Assembly: GCA_012517485.1 (NCBI GenBank)
Contig: JAAYUT010000131.1
Location: 1-36,633, forward strand
Source of the DNA: Candidatus Atribacter fermentans
GTDB lineage: Bacteria > Atribacterota > Atribacteria > Atribacterales > Atribacteraceae
DNA length: 36,633 bases
Direction: 5' to 3'
Shown here: piece by piece, positions 28,094 to 36,633 of the stretch
How positions within the stretch are numbered: the first letter of the stretch is position 1
How the letters are laid out: each line of letters opens with the position of its first letter
Notes under the pieces: model-generated
Database searches by the model: none
What the model was told of the DNA's origin: nothing
The model's input: the letters and a program-made list of their open reading frames with translations, nothing else
Position numbers and translations under genes: made by a program

Positions 28094-28824
28094 AAAACTT
28101 CCTCCTCGTCTTGGATAAGAACAATGTCCTTTTTCATACGAAGATCAAAACCGACCACCTTGAGAGCTTTTACCTGGACTTCTCTTAATAAAGGCTTCAA
28201 AATTGGGACTTTTTCTTTCAAGTTTTGAACATTCTCACACTTGATAAATATATCATTTTGCAATTGTAAAATAAACAGATTATGATGAACCATTTTCACC
28301 AGTTTTAAAGGTGTATCAAAACCGCTTAACCAAGCCCGAATAATTTCTAAAGTCATTGGAATCGAATTATCTTCGAGGGATGGCACGTAAAGAGAAATCA
28401 ATCGCTCGGGGTTATCCGATGGAGTATTGACTCTCACTCCTTGATCGTCGATATAAAACCAAGTGTCTCCAATCACTACCTTTGCTAAGGGAACTCTTTC
28501 GATAATTTCAATTCGAATGAGATGAGGAAAAACTTTTTGAACTTTTACACTTTTTACATCATTTATTTTCTTAATTCGATTTTCAATTTCCCAACTTCTT
28601 ACACTAAAAATACTCTTTCCGATTTCAATACCCGAGGCGCTCTGAATGTATTTTCCAGATAGAGTCCGATTCCCAAATACCTCAATCTGATTGATTGCAA
28701 AAAGATTCCCTCTCATGAAAAGGCTAAAAACCAGCCATGCAATAACCCCAATAACAAGATAAAAAAAAAGACTTTTAAAAAAAAATGTGATGAATAATAT
28801 TTCATTGCCATACCTCGATTTCAT
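28090..28824 (-). CDS. ftsQ: FtsQ/DivIB POTRA-domain protein (start uncertain)
   Basis: TM helix, I.V.GN POTRA, FPH.I.I.I.ER.P, DLR; between murB and ftsA. Confidence 0.88.
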   Translation of the reverse strand: MKSRYGNEILFITFFFKSLFFYLVIGVIAWLVFSLFMRGNLFAINQIEVFGNRTLSGKYIQSASGIEIGKSIFSVRSWEIENRIKKINDVKSVKVQKVFPHLIRIEIIERVPLAKVVIGDTWFYIDDQGVRVNTPSDNPERLISLYVPSLEDNSIPMTLEIIRAWLSGFDTPLKLVKMVHHNLFILQLQNDIFIKCENVQNLKEKVPILKPLLREVQVKALKVVGFDLRMKKDIVLIQDEEEVF

Positions 28825-29737
28825 TTTCCAAAAAAATATTTCTTTCTCGCTGAACTTCTTTTCGAATCCAATCCATCAGGTACATGACATCGTGGGCTGT
28901 TGCTGACCCACGATTGATAATGAAATTGGAATGTTTTTCAGAAATTTGAGCAAAACCAGTTCTTAATCCTTTAAATCCCATTTGTTCAATAATTCTGGCA
29001 GCATAGTCACCGGGTGGATTTTTAAAAACACAACCGGCTGATGGCCAACCTACTGGTTGAAATTGTTTGCGAAGGAGACTGTAACGGCGAACATTATTTC
29101 GAATACATTCGGGTTTTTCAGAAAACAGACTAAAAATCACTTTCAAAATTATAACCTTCTCTTTCTCCAAAGATGAACCTCGATAAAAAAAATCAATATT
29201 TTCTCTTTTCAACCACCCGATATGACCATTTGTATCCATCACTAATATTTCGTGGATGAAATGACTGATTTCCTGCCCAAAGCAACCAGCATTAATCCGA
29301 ACTGCTCCTCCCACTGTTCCTGGAACACCGACTAAAAACTCAAACCCTCCTAAGCCGTGAGAAAGAGCGAAACTCACCAAATGAGAAAGAGCAACACCAG
29401 CACCACTTTCAATACGATGGTTTCCGAGATATTTCATTTCAGCATTCTCACCAGTGAGACGAACCACCACCCCTGGGAAACCGTGATCGTGAACCAGAAC
29501 ATTGGATCCTCTCCCTAAGATTTTCCAAGGACAATTGAAGTCTTTCATTTTTAAAAGAAAGCTTTGGAGAATGGTGCTTTTTAAAACATCAACTAAAGCG
29601 ATAACCCGACCACCAATTTTCCAGGTTGTGTAAAATTTCATTTCAGCTTGTGGTGTAATAATCAGGTCCGGAGAATCGGTATACTCTTTCTCAATTGATT
29701 TCCATTTTTCCTGCACATACTGTCGGCAACTTTCCAT
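28802..29737 (-). CDS. murB: UDP-N-acetylmuramate dehydrogenase
   Basis: TWKIGG, GRGSNVL, GVPGTVGGA..NAG, YR.S, SAGCVFKNP, KHSNFIIN, LENE. Confidence 0.96.
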   Translation of the reverse strand: MESCRQYVQEKWKSIEKEYTDSPDLIITPQAEMKFYTTWKIGGRVIALVDVLKSTILQSFLLKMKDFNCPWKILGRGSNVLVHDHGFPGVVVRLTGENAEMKYLGNHRIESGAGVALSHLVSFALSHGLGGFEFLVGVPGTVGGAVRINAGCFGQEISHFIHEILVMDTNGHIGWLKRENIDFFYRGSSLEKEKVIILKVIFSLFSEKPECIRNNVRRYSLLRKQFQPVGWPSAGCVFKNPPGDYAARIIEQMGFKGLRTGFAQISEKHSNFIINRGSATAHDVMYLMDWIRKEVQRERNIFLENEIEVWQ

Positions 29738-31083
29738 ACATCTCCGGCCCCCATGGTAATCAGGATATTTCCTGGACCTATCATATTTTCAGTAATTTGG
29801 AGAGCTTCGTCAATTGATGAAACCATATGAACACCATCATAACCGGTTTTCTTCATCTCTTCATAAATTAAATGAGAGGTAATACCTTCGATCGGCTTTT
29901 CACCCGCTGAATAAATGGGAAAGAGGATCACTTGATGGGCTTTCTTCAGTATTTCTGCCATTTCTCTATAAAGACGCTTGGTTCTGGTGTACCGGTGAGG
30001 TTGGAAAACAACAATGACTTTTCCTAACGTTCGGCTCAATGCCGTTTTTAAAACAACACCCATCTCGGTTGGATGATGAGCATAATCATCAACAACCAGG
30101 GTTCCATCAATATAACCAATCCTTTCATAACGCCTCTTCACTCCCCTAAACATTTCTAAGGTCGTGGCAATTAATTTTCTATCAATACCAAGTTTGATTC
30201 CAACCGCTATACAGGCTAAGGAATTAATGACATTATGAATCCCGGGAATATTTAATATAAAAGATCCAAAATCACAATTGTGATAGGTGACTCGATATAA
30301 TGAACCTTCTGCCCTTTCTTCGACTATCAACCCGCGAATATCAACTCTATCATTGACCATGCCATAGGAAACCAAATCGGTTTTTAGAGGCTGGTTGAAC
30401 ATCATCTGCACATTGGGATGATCTCCACAAGCGACTAAGAAACCGCCTTCTTTAACGCCATTCGCAAATGAAATAAAGGCATTCAATTCATTTTCTTCAC
30501 TTCCATAATATTCTAAATGATCATCTTCGATATTGGTGATGACGCCACAATAAGGATTGAGCTTTAAAAAAGATCCGTCACTCTCGTCAGCTTCCGAAAC
30601 AAAATAATCCCCATTTCCATAACGAGCATTTCCCCCAATATCTTCTACTTCTCCACCCACCAATACGGTCGGGTCTAGGCCAGCGACTTCCAACAAGAGA
30701 GAAATCATTGAGGTTGTTGTGGTTTTCCCGTGGGTTCCGGCAATTGCGATCCCCTTTTTCTGATTAAGGAAAAAGGCTAACATCTCTCCCCGATGGATAA
30801 TGGGGATATTTCGCTGAATGGCCGCTTGAAGTTCGACATTTTCTGGTGGGATTGCGGAAGAAATAACCACCGCTGGAACATTTTCAATTCTTTCCCTTGA
30901 ATGACCGATAAATACCGGAATCCCTTTTTCTTGAAGTCGGTAGGTGTTTTCTCCTGAAAAAATATCGGAACCACTAACCCGATATCCCATTTCAAAAGCG
31001 ATCGTTGCCAAGGCACTCATGCCAGTGCCACCAATTCCAATAAAATAGAGTTCGTTAGGTAATGAGACGAGATGAGTGTTCAA
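29662..31083 (-). CDS. murC: UDP-N-acetylmuramate--L-alanine ligase (likely TTG start at 31083)
   Basis: GIGGTGMS, GTHGKTTT, EADESD, DDYAHHPTE, FQPHRYTR, GAGD; GGAGG SD before TTG. Confidence 0.98.
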   Translation of the reverse strand: MNTHLVSLPNELYFIGIGGTGMSALATIAFEMGYRVSGSDIFSGENTYRLQEKGIPVFIGHSRERIENVPAVVISSAIPPENVELQAAIQRNIPIIHRGEMLAFFLNQKKGIAIAGTHGKTTTTSMISLLLEVAGLDPTVLVGGEVEDIGGNARYGNGDYFVSEADESDGSFLKLNPYCGVITNIEDDHLEYYGSEENELNAFISFANGVKEGGFLVACGDHPNVQMMFNQPLKTDLVSYGMVNDRVDIRGLIVEERAEGSLYRVTYHNCDFGSFILNIPGIHNVINSLACIAVGIKLGIDRKLIATTLEMFRGVKRRYERIGYIDGTLVVDDYAHHPTEMGVVLKTALSRTLGKVIVVFQPHRYTRTKRLYREMAEILKKAHQVILFPIYSAGEKPIEGITSHLIYEEMKKTGYDGVHMVSSIDEALQITENMIGPGNILITMGAGDVWKVADSMCRKNGNQLRKSIPILRT

Positions 31084-31084
31084 T

Positions 31085-32167
31085 TCATTTCCTCCTACGG
31101 ATCTCTTTGACAATCATACCAGCAATTCGTGCTGCTGAAAATCGAAAATCTTGATTTTTTTTAATTTTTTTTATAGTCAGACCAGAAAGGTCTCGGATCG
31201 CTTGAATTAAGCTTTCAGGTTGAAGATTCTTTTCATCAAGAACAACCACCGGCTGTTTTTCCATTAACCACTGAGCATTAAAGAGTTGGTGCCCTTCAGT
31301 CGCGTCTCCAAATGGGATCAAGACGGCTGGAAGGCCAAAGCAAAACAACTCATAGGTAACATTTGCACCAGAACGACTGATGACTAAATCGGCAGCCGCA
31401 TAGAAAATACCTGGATTCGGATAAAAATCATAAACCAAATAAGGAAATGGGTAAAGCGCCGACTTTTTCTTAGCTTCTTGATAGGATTCTTCTCCAGTGA
31501 TATGGATGATCTGAAATTTCAGTTCTTCGATCAACGGCAATACCTGCCAAAATACTTGGTTGATGAGGTGAGAACCCCGGCTCCCTCCAATAATAAGCAG
31601 GGTTTTTTTCTGGGGATCAAGACCGAGTTTTTCTTTCGCTAGCTTCTCTTTTCCCTGCCAATCGAGCACCTCTTCTCGTAAGGGATTACCGATGACAACA
31701 ATTTGATTCCTATCTCGAAAGCCTTGGGCTGCTTCATCCACTGGGACAAAAGTTTTTTTTGACCAACGGGATATAATCCGGTTGGCAAAACCGGGTCGGA
31801 TATTTTGTTCTTGCACAAAAATTGGAACCCGGAACAATTTCGCCCAAAATGCAATGAGTAAAGAAACATAACTCCCAAAAACCAAAACCGCTCGAGGTCG
31901 AAACTTGATAAAAAGATATCCACTTTGCATTAACCCTATTATATTATCACCAAAAGCACGGAGAAAATCCAGAGCCGAGGTTCGATTCCATCCGCGCGCC
32001 CGAATAAATGACAGCGAAAAACCGGCTTGAGGAACTAAAATTTTTTCCATCCCTCTTTTTGTTCCAATAAATCGTACCGGATAATCACGAGAAAGATGTT
32101 CAGCAATACTGAGTGCTGGAAAAATATGACCACCAGTTCCACCAGCCGCAATAAATATTTCATTCAA
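31085..32167 (-). CDS. murG: Lipid I GlcNAc transferase MurG
   Basis: GGTGGHIFP, EQN..PG.AN, GNP.R, GGSRGS, SRSGA, HQ..NA. Confidence 0.96.
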   Translation of the reverse strand: MNEIFIAAGGTGGHIFPALSIAEHLSRDYPVRFIGTKRGMEKILVPQAGFSLSFIRARGWNRTSALDFLRAFGDNIIGLMQSGYLFIKFRPRAVLVFGSYVSLLIAFWAKLFRVPIFVQEQNIRPGFANRIISRWSKKTFVPVDEAAQGFRDRNQIVVIGNPLREEVLDWQGKEKLAKEKLGLDPQKKTLLIIGGSRGSHLINQVFWQVLPLIEELKFQIIHITGEESYQEAKKKSALYPFPYLVYDFYPNPGIFYAAADLVISRSGANVTYELFCFGLPAVLIPFGDATEGHQLFNAQWLMEKQPVVVLDEKNLQPESLIQAIRDLSGLTIKKIKKNQDFRFSAARIAGMIVKEIRRRK

Positions 32168-33338
32168 AATGATTCACCTTTGATTGTCGAGCAATATTGA
32201 ACAACAAACCGATTTCAATCATCGTAATCAGGATCGATGAGTTACCATAACTCACCAAAGGTAAAGGAACACCAGATACTGGAAGAATTTTAAGCACGGC
32301 ACTCATATTGACCATGACCTGCATCATAATACTCAGGATTATTCCCATTGCCAACATGGCTTGAAAATCATCATCCGATCGTACCGCAATTTTCCATCCC
32401 CTCCAAAAAAGAAAGCAGAATAAAATAACCACTCCAATCGTCCCTACAAAACCTAATTCTTCACCAATAATGGCAAAAATAAAATCAGTATGTCGATCGG
32501 GAAGATAGAAAAATTTTTGTCTGCTCTCTCCTAAACCGCGACCAAACAAGCCTCCGGAACCGATGGCAATCAAAGATTGGATAATTTGAAACCCCTTCCC
32601 TAATGGTTCTTTCCAAGGATCAACAAAAGCCTCAAGCCGTGCTTTCCAATATTGGTTCCCACTGGCAAAAACCAAAAAGAGCAAGATGGGAATTCCAGCA
32701 AAAATTGGATAGAGGATGTGAATAATTTTTCGCCCTCCCAAAAACAACATACCAAATGTTATACCAGCTAAAAAAAGAGCCGTGCCAAGATCGGGTTCCA
32801 TAATGACCAAAACACCCATGACACCAACAATCAAGAGGAACGGCACCACTCCATACCAAAAATCTTGAGCTCGATGACGATGGGTCACCAAACTATCAGC
32901 CATATAAATAATTAAACTCAATTTAGCTAATTCTGATGGTTGAAAACGCATGATACCAAAATCTATCCATCGATAGGACCCTCCGACCATTCGACCTATA
33001 TAGGGAAAGAAAACCAGAGCGAGCATCACCACTGAAAGAAGAAGGAGTTTCGAACTCATTTTCCGAACGAAATCGAGTCGAATAAAGGTTGCGATGAAGA
33101 AAAAAAAGAAAGATAAGGCAACTCCAACAATTTGCTTTTTGAAAAAATAATAGGGATCACGATAAGACATGATTGAGGTAGTCATGCTGGCGCTGAAAAC
33201 CATAATCAAACCAATGCAGAGTAAGAGGATCGTTGCCCAAAAAAGATAGGGATCGATTTCCCACCACCAGCGTTTTAAATGATTTTCATTGGATTTGATA
33301 GATGACCATTGATTTAAAAATTCTTCATGAGTTTCCAT
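32160..33338 (-). CDS. ftsW: Peptidoglycan polymerase FtsW (SEDS)
   Basis: RWI, QPSELAK, PDLGT, HTDFIFAIIGEELG; multi-TM; between murD and murG. Confidence 0.95.
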   Translation of the reverse strand: METHEEFLNQWSSIKSNENHLKRWWWEIDPYLFWATILLLCIGLIMVFSASMTTSIMSYRDPYYFFKKQIVGVALSFFFFFIATFIRLDFVRKMSSKLLLLSVVMLALVFFPYIGRMVGGSYRWIDFGIMRFQPSELAKLSLIIYMADSLVTHRHRAQDFWYGVVPFLLIVGVMGVLVIMEPDLGTALFLAGITFGMLFLGGRKIIHILYPIFAGIPILLFLVFASGNQYWKARLEAFVDPWKEPLGKGFQIIQSLIAIGSGGLFGRGLGESRQKFFYLPDRHTDFIFAIIGEELGFVGTIGVVILFCFLFWRGWKIAVRSDDDFQAMLAMGIILSIMMQVMVNMSAVLKILPVSGVPLPLVSYGNSSILITMIEIGLLFNIARQSKVNHFE

Positions 33339-34665
33339 AAACTAACCGGATAAAGTGTTCACCTCTTTCATGGTAGTTACTATATTGATCCCAGCTGGTA
33401 CAAGCTGGAGACAAGAGGACGCTATCACCGGATACAGATAATGAACGGACTTTTTCAAATGCTTCATCTAAAGTAGGAAACAAATAGGTTGGTATTGATT
33501 TTGGTATAAAATTATAAATGAGTTCTCGGTCTTCTCCAAATAGGATAACCGCTTTTATTTTGTCAGAGGAAAGATTCCGGTTTAATTCAGAAAAATCTTT
33601 GATTTTACTTCTCCCCCCTAAAAGTAAAATAATTGGTCCATTCAGAGAGTTGACTGCTGCACAGGTGGATGCTGGTGTCGTCGATTTTGAATCATCATAA
33701 AATAGAATCCCATTGATTTCAGCAATTTTTTGAATTCGATGATGTAAGCCTTGAAAGCTGGAAAGTGATTCTTCTATCTGATCAACTCTCACCCCCACTG
33801 CTCGACAAACTGCTGTGGCAAATAATAAATTCTCCCGATTATGCTCCCCAGGAAGTTGCCAATGATGGCAGTGAATAATTCTTTTCTTTCCTTCGAATCG
33901 TTCAACGATTTTTAGATTTTCCCAATAAAAACCTTCTTGTAATTGGCCAAAATAGGTTACAGGAATGATCGAGCCTCGGATCATTGAACAAAGCTGGGTA
34001 TGCCAGCTTGGATGAGAAAAGTTGACAACTGCCAAGTCATCTTTTTTCTGATTGATAAAAATATTCCGTTTTTGTAAAAAATAATCTCGAAACGAGTTAT
34101 GCCGATCTAAATGATTCAGTGCAAGATTGAGAATGCCCGCAATTTGAAACCTTGCTTTCACAACCCTTTCCAGCTGAAAGCTGCTGAGTTCGACGACACC
34201 CCACTGAAAAGTGGATCGGAAGGAAATTGAATCAATTAAAGGCGTTCCAAAATTACCACCAATAAACGTTGATAAACCCGCCTGATTCAAAATATGACCA
34301 ATGAGAGCAACAGTAGTGCTCTTCCCGTTGGAACCAGTAATGCCAATAAGAGGAAAATTCAGCATTCGGCAAGCTAATTCCACTTCGCTCACTATTGGGA
34401 TTCTTTCTTGTTCACATTTAGCCAGAATGGGATGAACGGAAGGGACACCTGGACTGACGATGCATTCCTGGATCTTGCTCCAATTGAGTTTGTAAAGATC
34501 AATCGATCTCAGAGGGGAAAAAGCTGGATGATTGAGAATATGTGGTGGCAAATCGCTCTGCTTTTTATGATCGTCATATCCCAATACTTTCTCACCGCGG
34601 TCAAGTAAAAAACGAGCAGTGCTTTCCCCGGTTTTTCCCATTCCCACCACTAAAAAATTCTTCAT
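33325..34665 (-). CDS. murD: UDP-MurNAc-L-Ala--D-glutamate ligase
   Basis: SPGV, GITGSNGKSTT, ELSSFQL, HLDRH, DSKST, LSPAC.SWDQ. Confidence 0.97.
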   Translation of the reverse strand: MKNFLVVGMGKTGESTARFLLDRGEKVLGYDDHKKQSDLPPHILNHPAFSPLRSIDLYKLNWSKIQECIVSPGVPSVHPILAKCEQERIPIVSEVELACRMLNFPLIGITGSNGKSTTVALIGHILNQAGLSTFIGGNFGTPLIDSISFRSTFQWGVVELSSFQLERVVKARFQIAGILNLALNHLDRHNSFRDYFLQKRNIFINQKKDDLAVVNFSHPSWHTQLCSMIRGSIIPVTYFGQLQEGFYWENLKIVERFEGKKRIIHCHHWQLPGEHNRENLLFATAVCRAVGVRVDQIEESLSSFQGLHHRIQKIAEINGILFYDDSKSTTPASTCAAVNSLNGPIILLLGGRSKIKDFSELNRNLSSDKIKAVILFGEDRELIYNFIPKSIPTYLFPTLDEAFEKVRSLSVSGDSVLLSPACTSWDQYSNYHERGEHFIRLVYGNS

Positions 34666-34669
34666 AAGC

Positions 34670-35641
34670 TTATTGAACCCGTCCTAACCAAGCTATCGTC
34701 ATTCCAATTGCCTGTATGATCCAAAAACGGACAGTAATTTGAGTTTCTTTCATGCCCTTCAATTCAAAATGATGATGGATCGGACTCATTAAAAATAATC
34801 TCCGACCTAAAAACTGAAATGAAAAAACCTGTAATATCACTGAAAGGGTATCAAGAAAAAACACCAGTGCCGAAAAAATAATTAAAAGGGATTGCCCGGA
34901 AATAAGCGCCATAAATCCAATAAGCGCCCCTAAGCCTAATGACCCGGAATCCCCCATGAAAATACCTGCCGGCCATACATTAAACCACAAAAAGGCGGTT
35001 AATCCTCCAATTGCTCCAAAAGCCAACCAGGAAAGCTGACTTTTACCAATAATAAATAAAAGCCACCCCCAAAAAAGGAGAGTGAGAATACCCGAACCTG
35101 CTGCTAATCCATCTAACCCGTCGGTGATATTAAAAGCATTGGAGGTAGCGACGATGATAAAAATTCCATACCCAAAAAAAAGTGGACGAGACATCGGAAT
35201 CACATAACGGCTAAAGGGAATGGTGATATGAGTTGGCATCCCATCCATAGCCAGCCAAAGTATCAAACCAGCAAGGAAAATTTGAAACAGAAATTTAAAA
35301 CGGGCTTTAATTCCCCAGGGTTTTTCCAAATAACTCTTAAACCAATCATCAACGAATCCCAAAAAGGTATACCCAGCAAGGAGGATAATCGGCAAGAGAT
35401 TGTCATACCAGTACTGCTTCCCGACCCCATATACAACCAAAATGGTCATAAAAATGATGATGCCACCCATACTGGGGGTATTTTCTTTGTGAAGATGTAG
35501 ATTGGGTCCCTCTTTTTTTATTTTTTGACCAAGATGATGCTGATGTTGCCATTGAATAAAAAGTGGAAAAAAAACCATTCCAATTCCAAAAGCGAGAAGA
35601 AAAGCTATGAAAACATTATTGGGAATGATTCCAGGTTTCAT
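34670..35641 (-). CDS. mraY: Phospho-N-acetylmuramoyl-pentapeptide transferase
   Basis: K..TPSMGG, GFVDD, NITDGLDGL, FMGDSGS, PIHHHFE. Confidence 0.97.
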   Translation of the reverse strand: MKPGIIPNNVFIAFLLAFGIGMVFFPLFIQWQHQHHLGQKIKKEGPNLHLHKENTPSMGGIIIFMTILVVYGVGKQYWYDNLLPIILLAGYTFLGFVDDWFKSYLEKPWGIKARFKFLFQIFLAGLILWLAMDGMPTHITIPFSRYVIPMSRPLFFGYGIFIIVATSNAFNITDGLDGLAAGSGILTLLFWGWLLFIIGKSQLSWLAFGAIGGLTAFLWFNVWPAGIFMGDSGSLGLGALIGFMALISGQSLLIIFSALVFFLDTLSVILQVFSFQFLGRRLFLMSPIHHHFELKGMKETQITVRFWIIQAIGMTIAWLGRVQ

Positions 35642-36633
35642 GCTCGATCCACTCCGTAGGGATGGCTTCTTCTAATTTCATCGCTCTAGAACCTTTAAAC
35701 AAAACAATAACTCGAGAAAAAGGAAAAGGAATTTGATCAAGAAGAATTTTTTTGATTTCTTCGTGAGAAGAAGCCAAATAATATTCTCCATCCACTGAGT
35801 TTTTCGATAATACCTTTTCTGCAGCCTCATGCATCATGGAACCATAAAGAATGACATTTTTAATCTTATGCTCTTCCAAAGACCGTATACTTTCTTGATG
35901 AACGGCTTCGGAAAAACTCCCCATCTCTAACATATCCCCCAAAACGACCCAGGTTTGGTAGCCTTGGTAACTGAATCTTTTCAACAAATTGAGCGCTTTA
36001 TGCAAAGAAATTGGATTGGCATTATAACTGTCGTCGATCAAATACCCCTCCCCAACATGGTAAATCTTTTCTCTCCCTTCAGGTAAAAGAATTTCATGAA
36101 GAACTTTTTGGATGTCCTCCTTGTCGATACCCAGTTGAAAAGCTTGATGAAGTACTGGAAGTAATAAGATAATGAGTTCTGGCGAAAAAATCGGAACTTG
36201 GAAATGATAGATTCGACCCTCACATTGACAACGGAACCAGGTGATTCCCTCCGATGGGTTCAATTGATAATCCAGGAGCGAGAGTTGAGAGGTGATATGA
36301 TTCTGAAGACCAAAAAGGACGACTTTCTTGCCGACACTGGAAAAATCCTTTTGTAGTTTTGAAGCATACGGGTTATCCCCATTTAAATAAATCATTTTAG
36401 CTTTTTCAGCCAATAGAATTTTTTCCCGTACAATCGTTTCGACATTACCAAACCCCTCTAAGTGACCTTCCCCAAAAGCAGTAAATACAACCAATTCTGG
36501 CTCGATAATTTCGGATAATTCACTCATTTCACCTCGTTTATTGATTCCCGCCTCAATGATGAAGAAGTCGTCTTGAGGATCAAAATTACAAAAAGATGCT
36601 GAAACCCCAATGTTCGTATTATAACTGAAAGGA
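35616..36633 (-). CDS. murF: UDP-MurNAc-tripeptide--D-Ala-D-Ala ligase, 5'-truncated by the window edge
   Basis: Frame stays open to the window end (PFSYNTNIG...EAG...GEM); HLEGFG, DDSYNANP, LGDMLEMG, KGSR. Confidence 0.92.
   Translation of the reverse strand, partial: PFSYNTNIGVSASFCNFDPQDDFFIIEAGINKRGEMSELSEIIEPELVVFTAFGEGHLEGFGNVETIVREKILLAEKAKMIYLNGDNPYASKLQKDFSSVGKKVVLFGLQNHITSQLSLLDYQLNPSEGITWFRCQCEGRIYHFQVPIFSPELIILLLPVLHQAFQLGIDKEDIQKVLHEILLPEGREKIYHVGEGYLIDDSYNANPISLHKALNLLKRFSYQGYQTWVVLGDMLEMGSFSEAVHQESIRSLEEHKIKNVILYGSMMHEAAEKVLSKNSVDGEYYLASSHEEIKKILLDQIPFPFSRVIVLFKGSRAMKLEEAIPTEWIEHETWNHSQ

Noticed and set aside
29662-29737. 76-bp murC/murB overlap
   Set aside because: Both proteins have complete motifs; overlaps are frequent in compact dcw clusters

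Overview
AT-rich bacterial core-genome window, almost all on the minus strand, with Firmicutes/Terrabacteria-like gene order but no sporulation genes and no lpxC. A deep-branching anaerobe such as Atribacterota is a tentative guess that cannot be verified here. In the direction of transcription it holds: the dcw cluster (murF partial, mraY, murD, ftsW, murG, murC, murB, ftsQ, ftsA, ftsZ), a COG1032-type radical SAM gene overlapping the ftsZ stop, yggS-proC-divIVA-lspA-rluA, a convergent rqcH, yicC-gmk-rpoZ-coaBC-priA-def-fmt-Zn peptidase-rsmB-PASTA protein-rpe, a plus-strand rpmB, and recG-rsmD-coaD-pta-ackA-yceD-rpmF-plsX (partial). No CRISPR, rRNA, tRNA, transposase or prophage was seen. Points worth a second look: (1) PriA has lost its helicase motifs but keeps its Zn and DNA-binding parts. 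(2) A kinase-less PASTA protein sits in the prkC slot. (3) A ~740-bp gap between yceD and rpmF holds several unrelated REP-like palindrome families behind two near-consensus promoters, and one family recurs at 13.37 kb. (4) A ~165-nt rod-like candidate RNA lies between gmk and rpoZ. (5) The best ftsQ start context is out of frame and is followed by two T9 slippage tracts. (6) An uncharacterised radical SAM enzyme is embedded in the division operon. I cannot claim a clear-cut new system; these are candidates.
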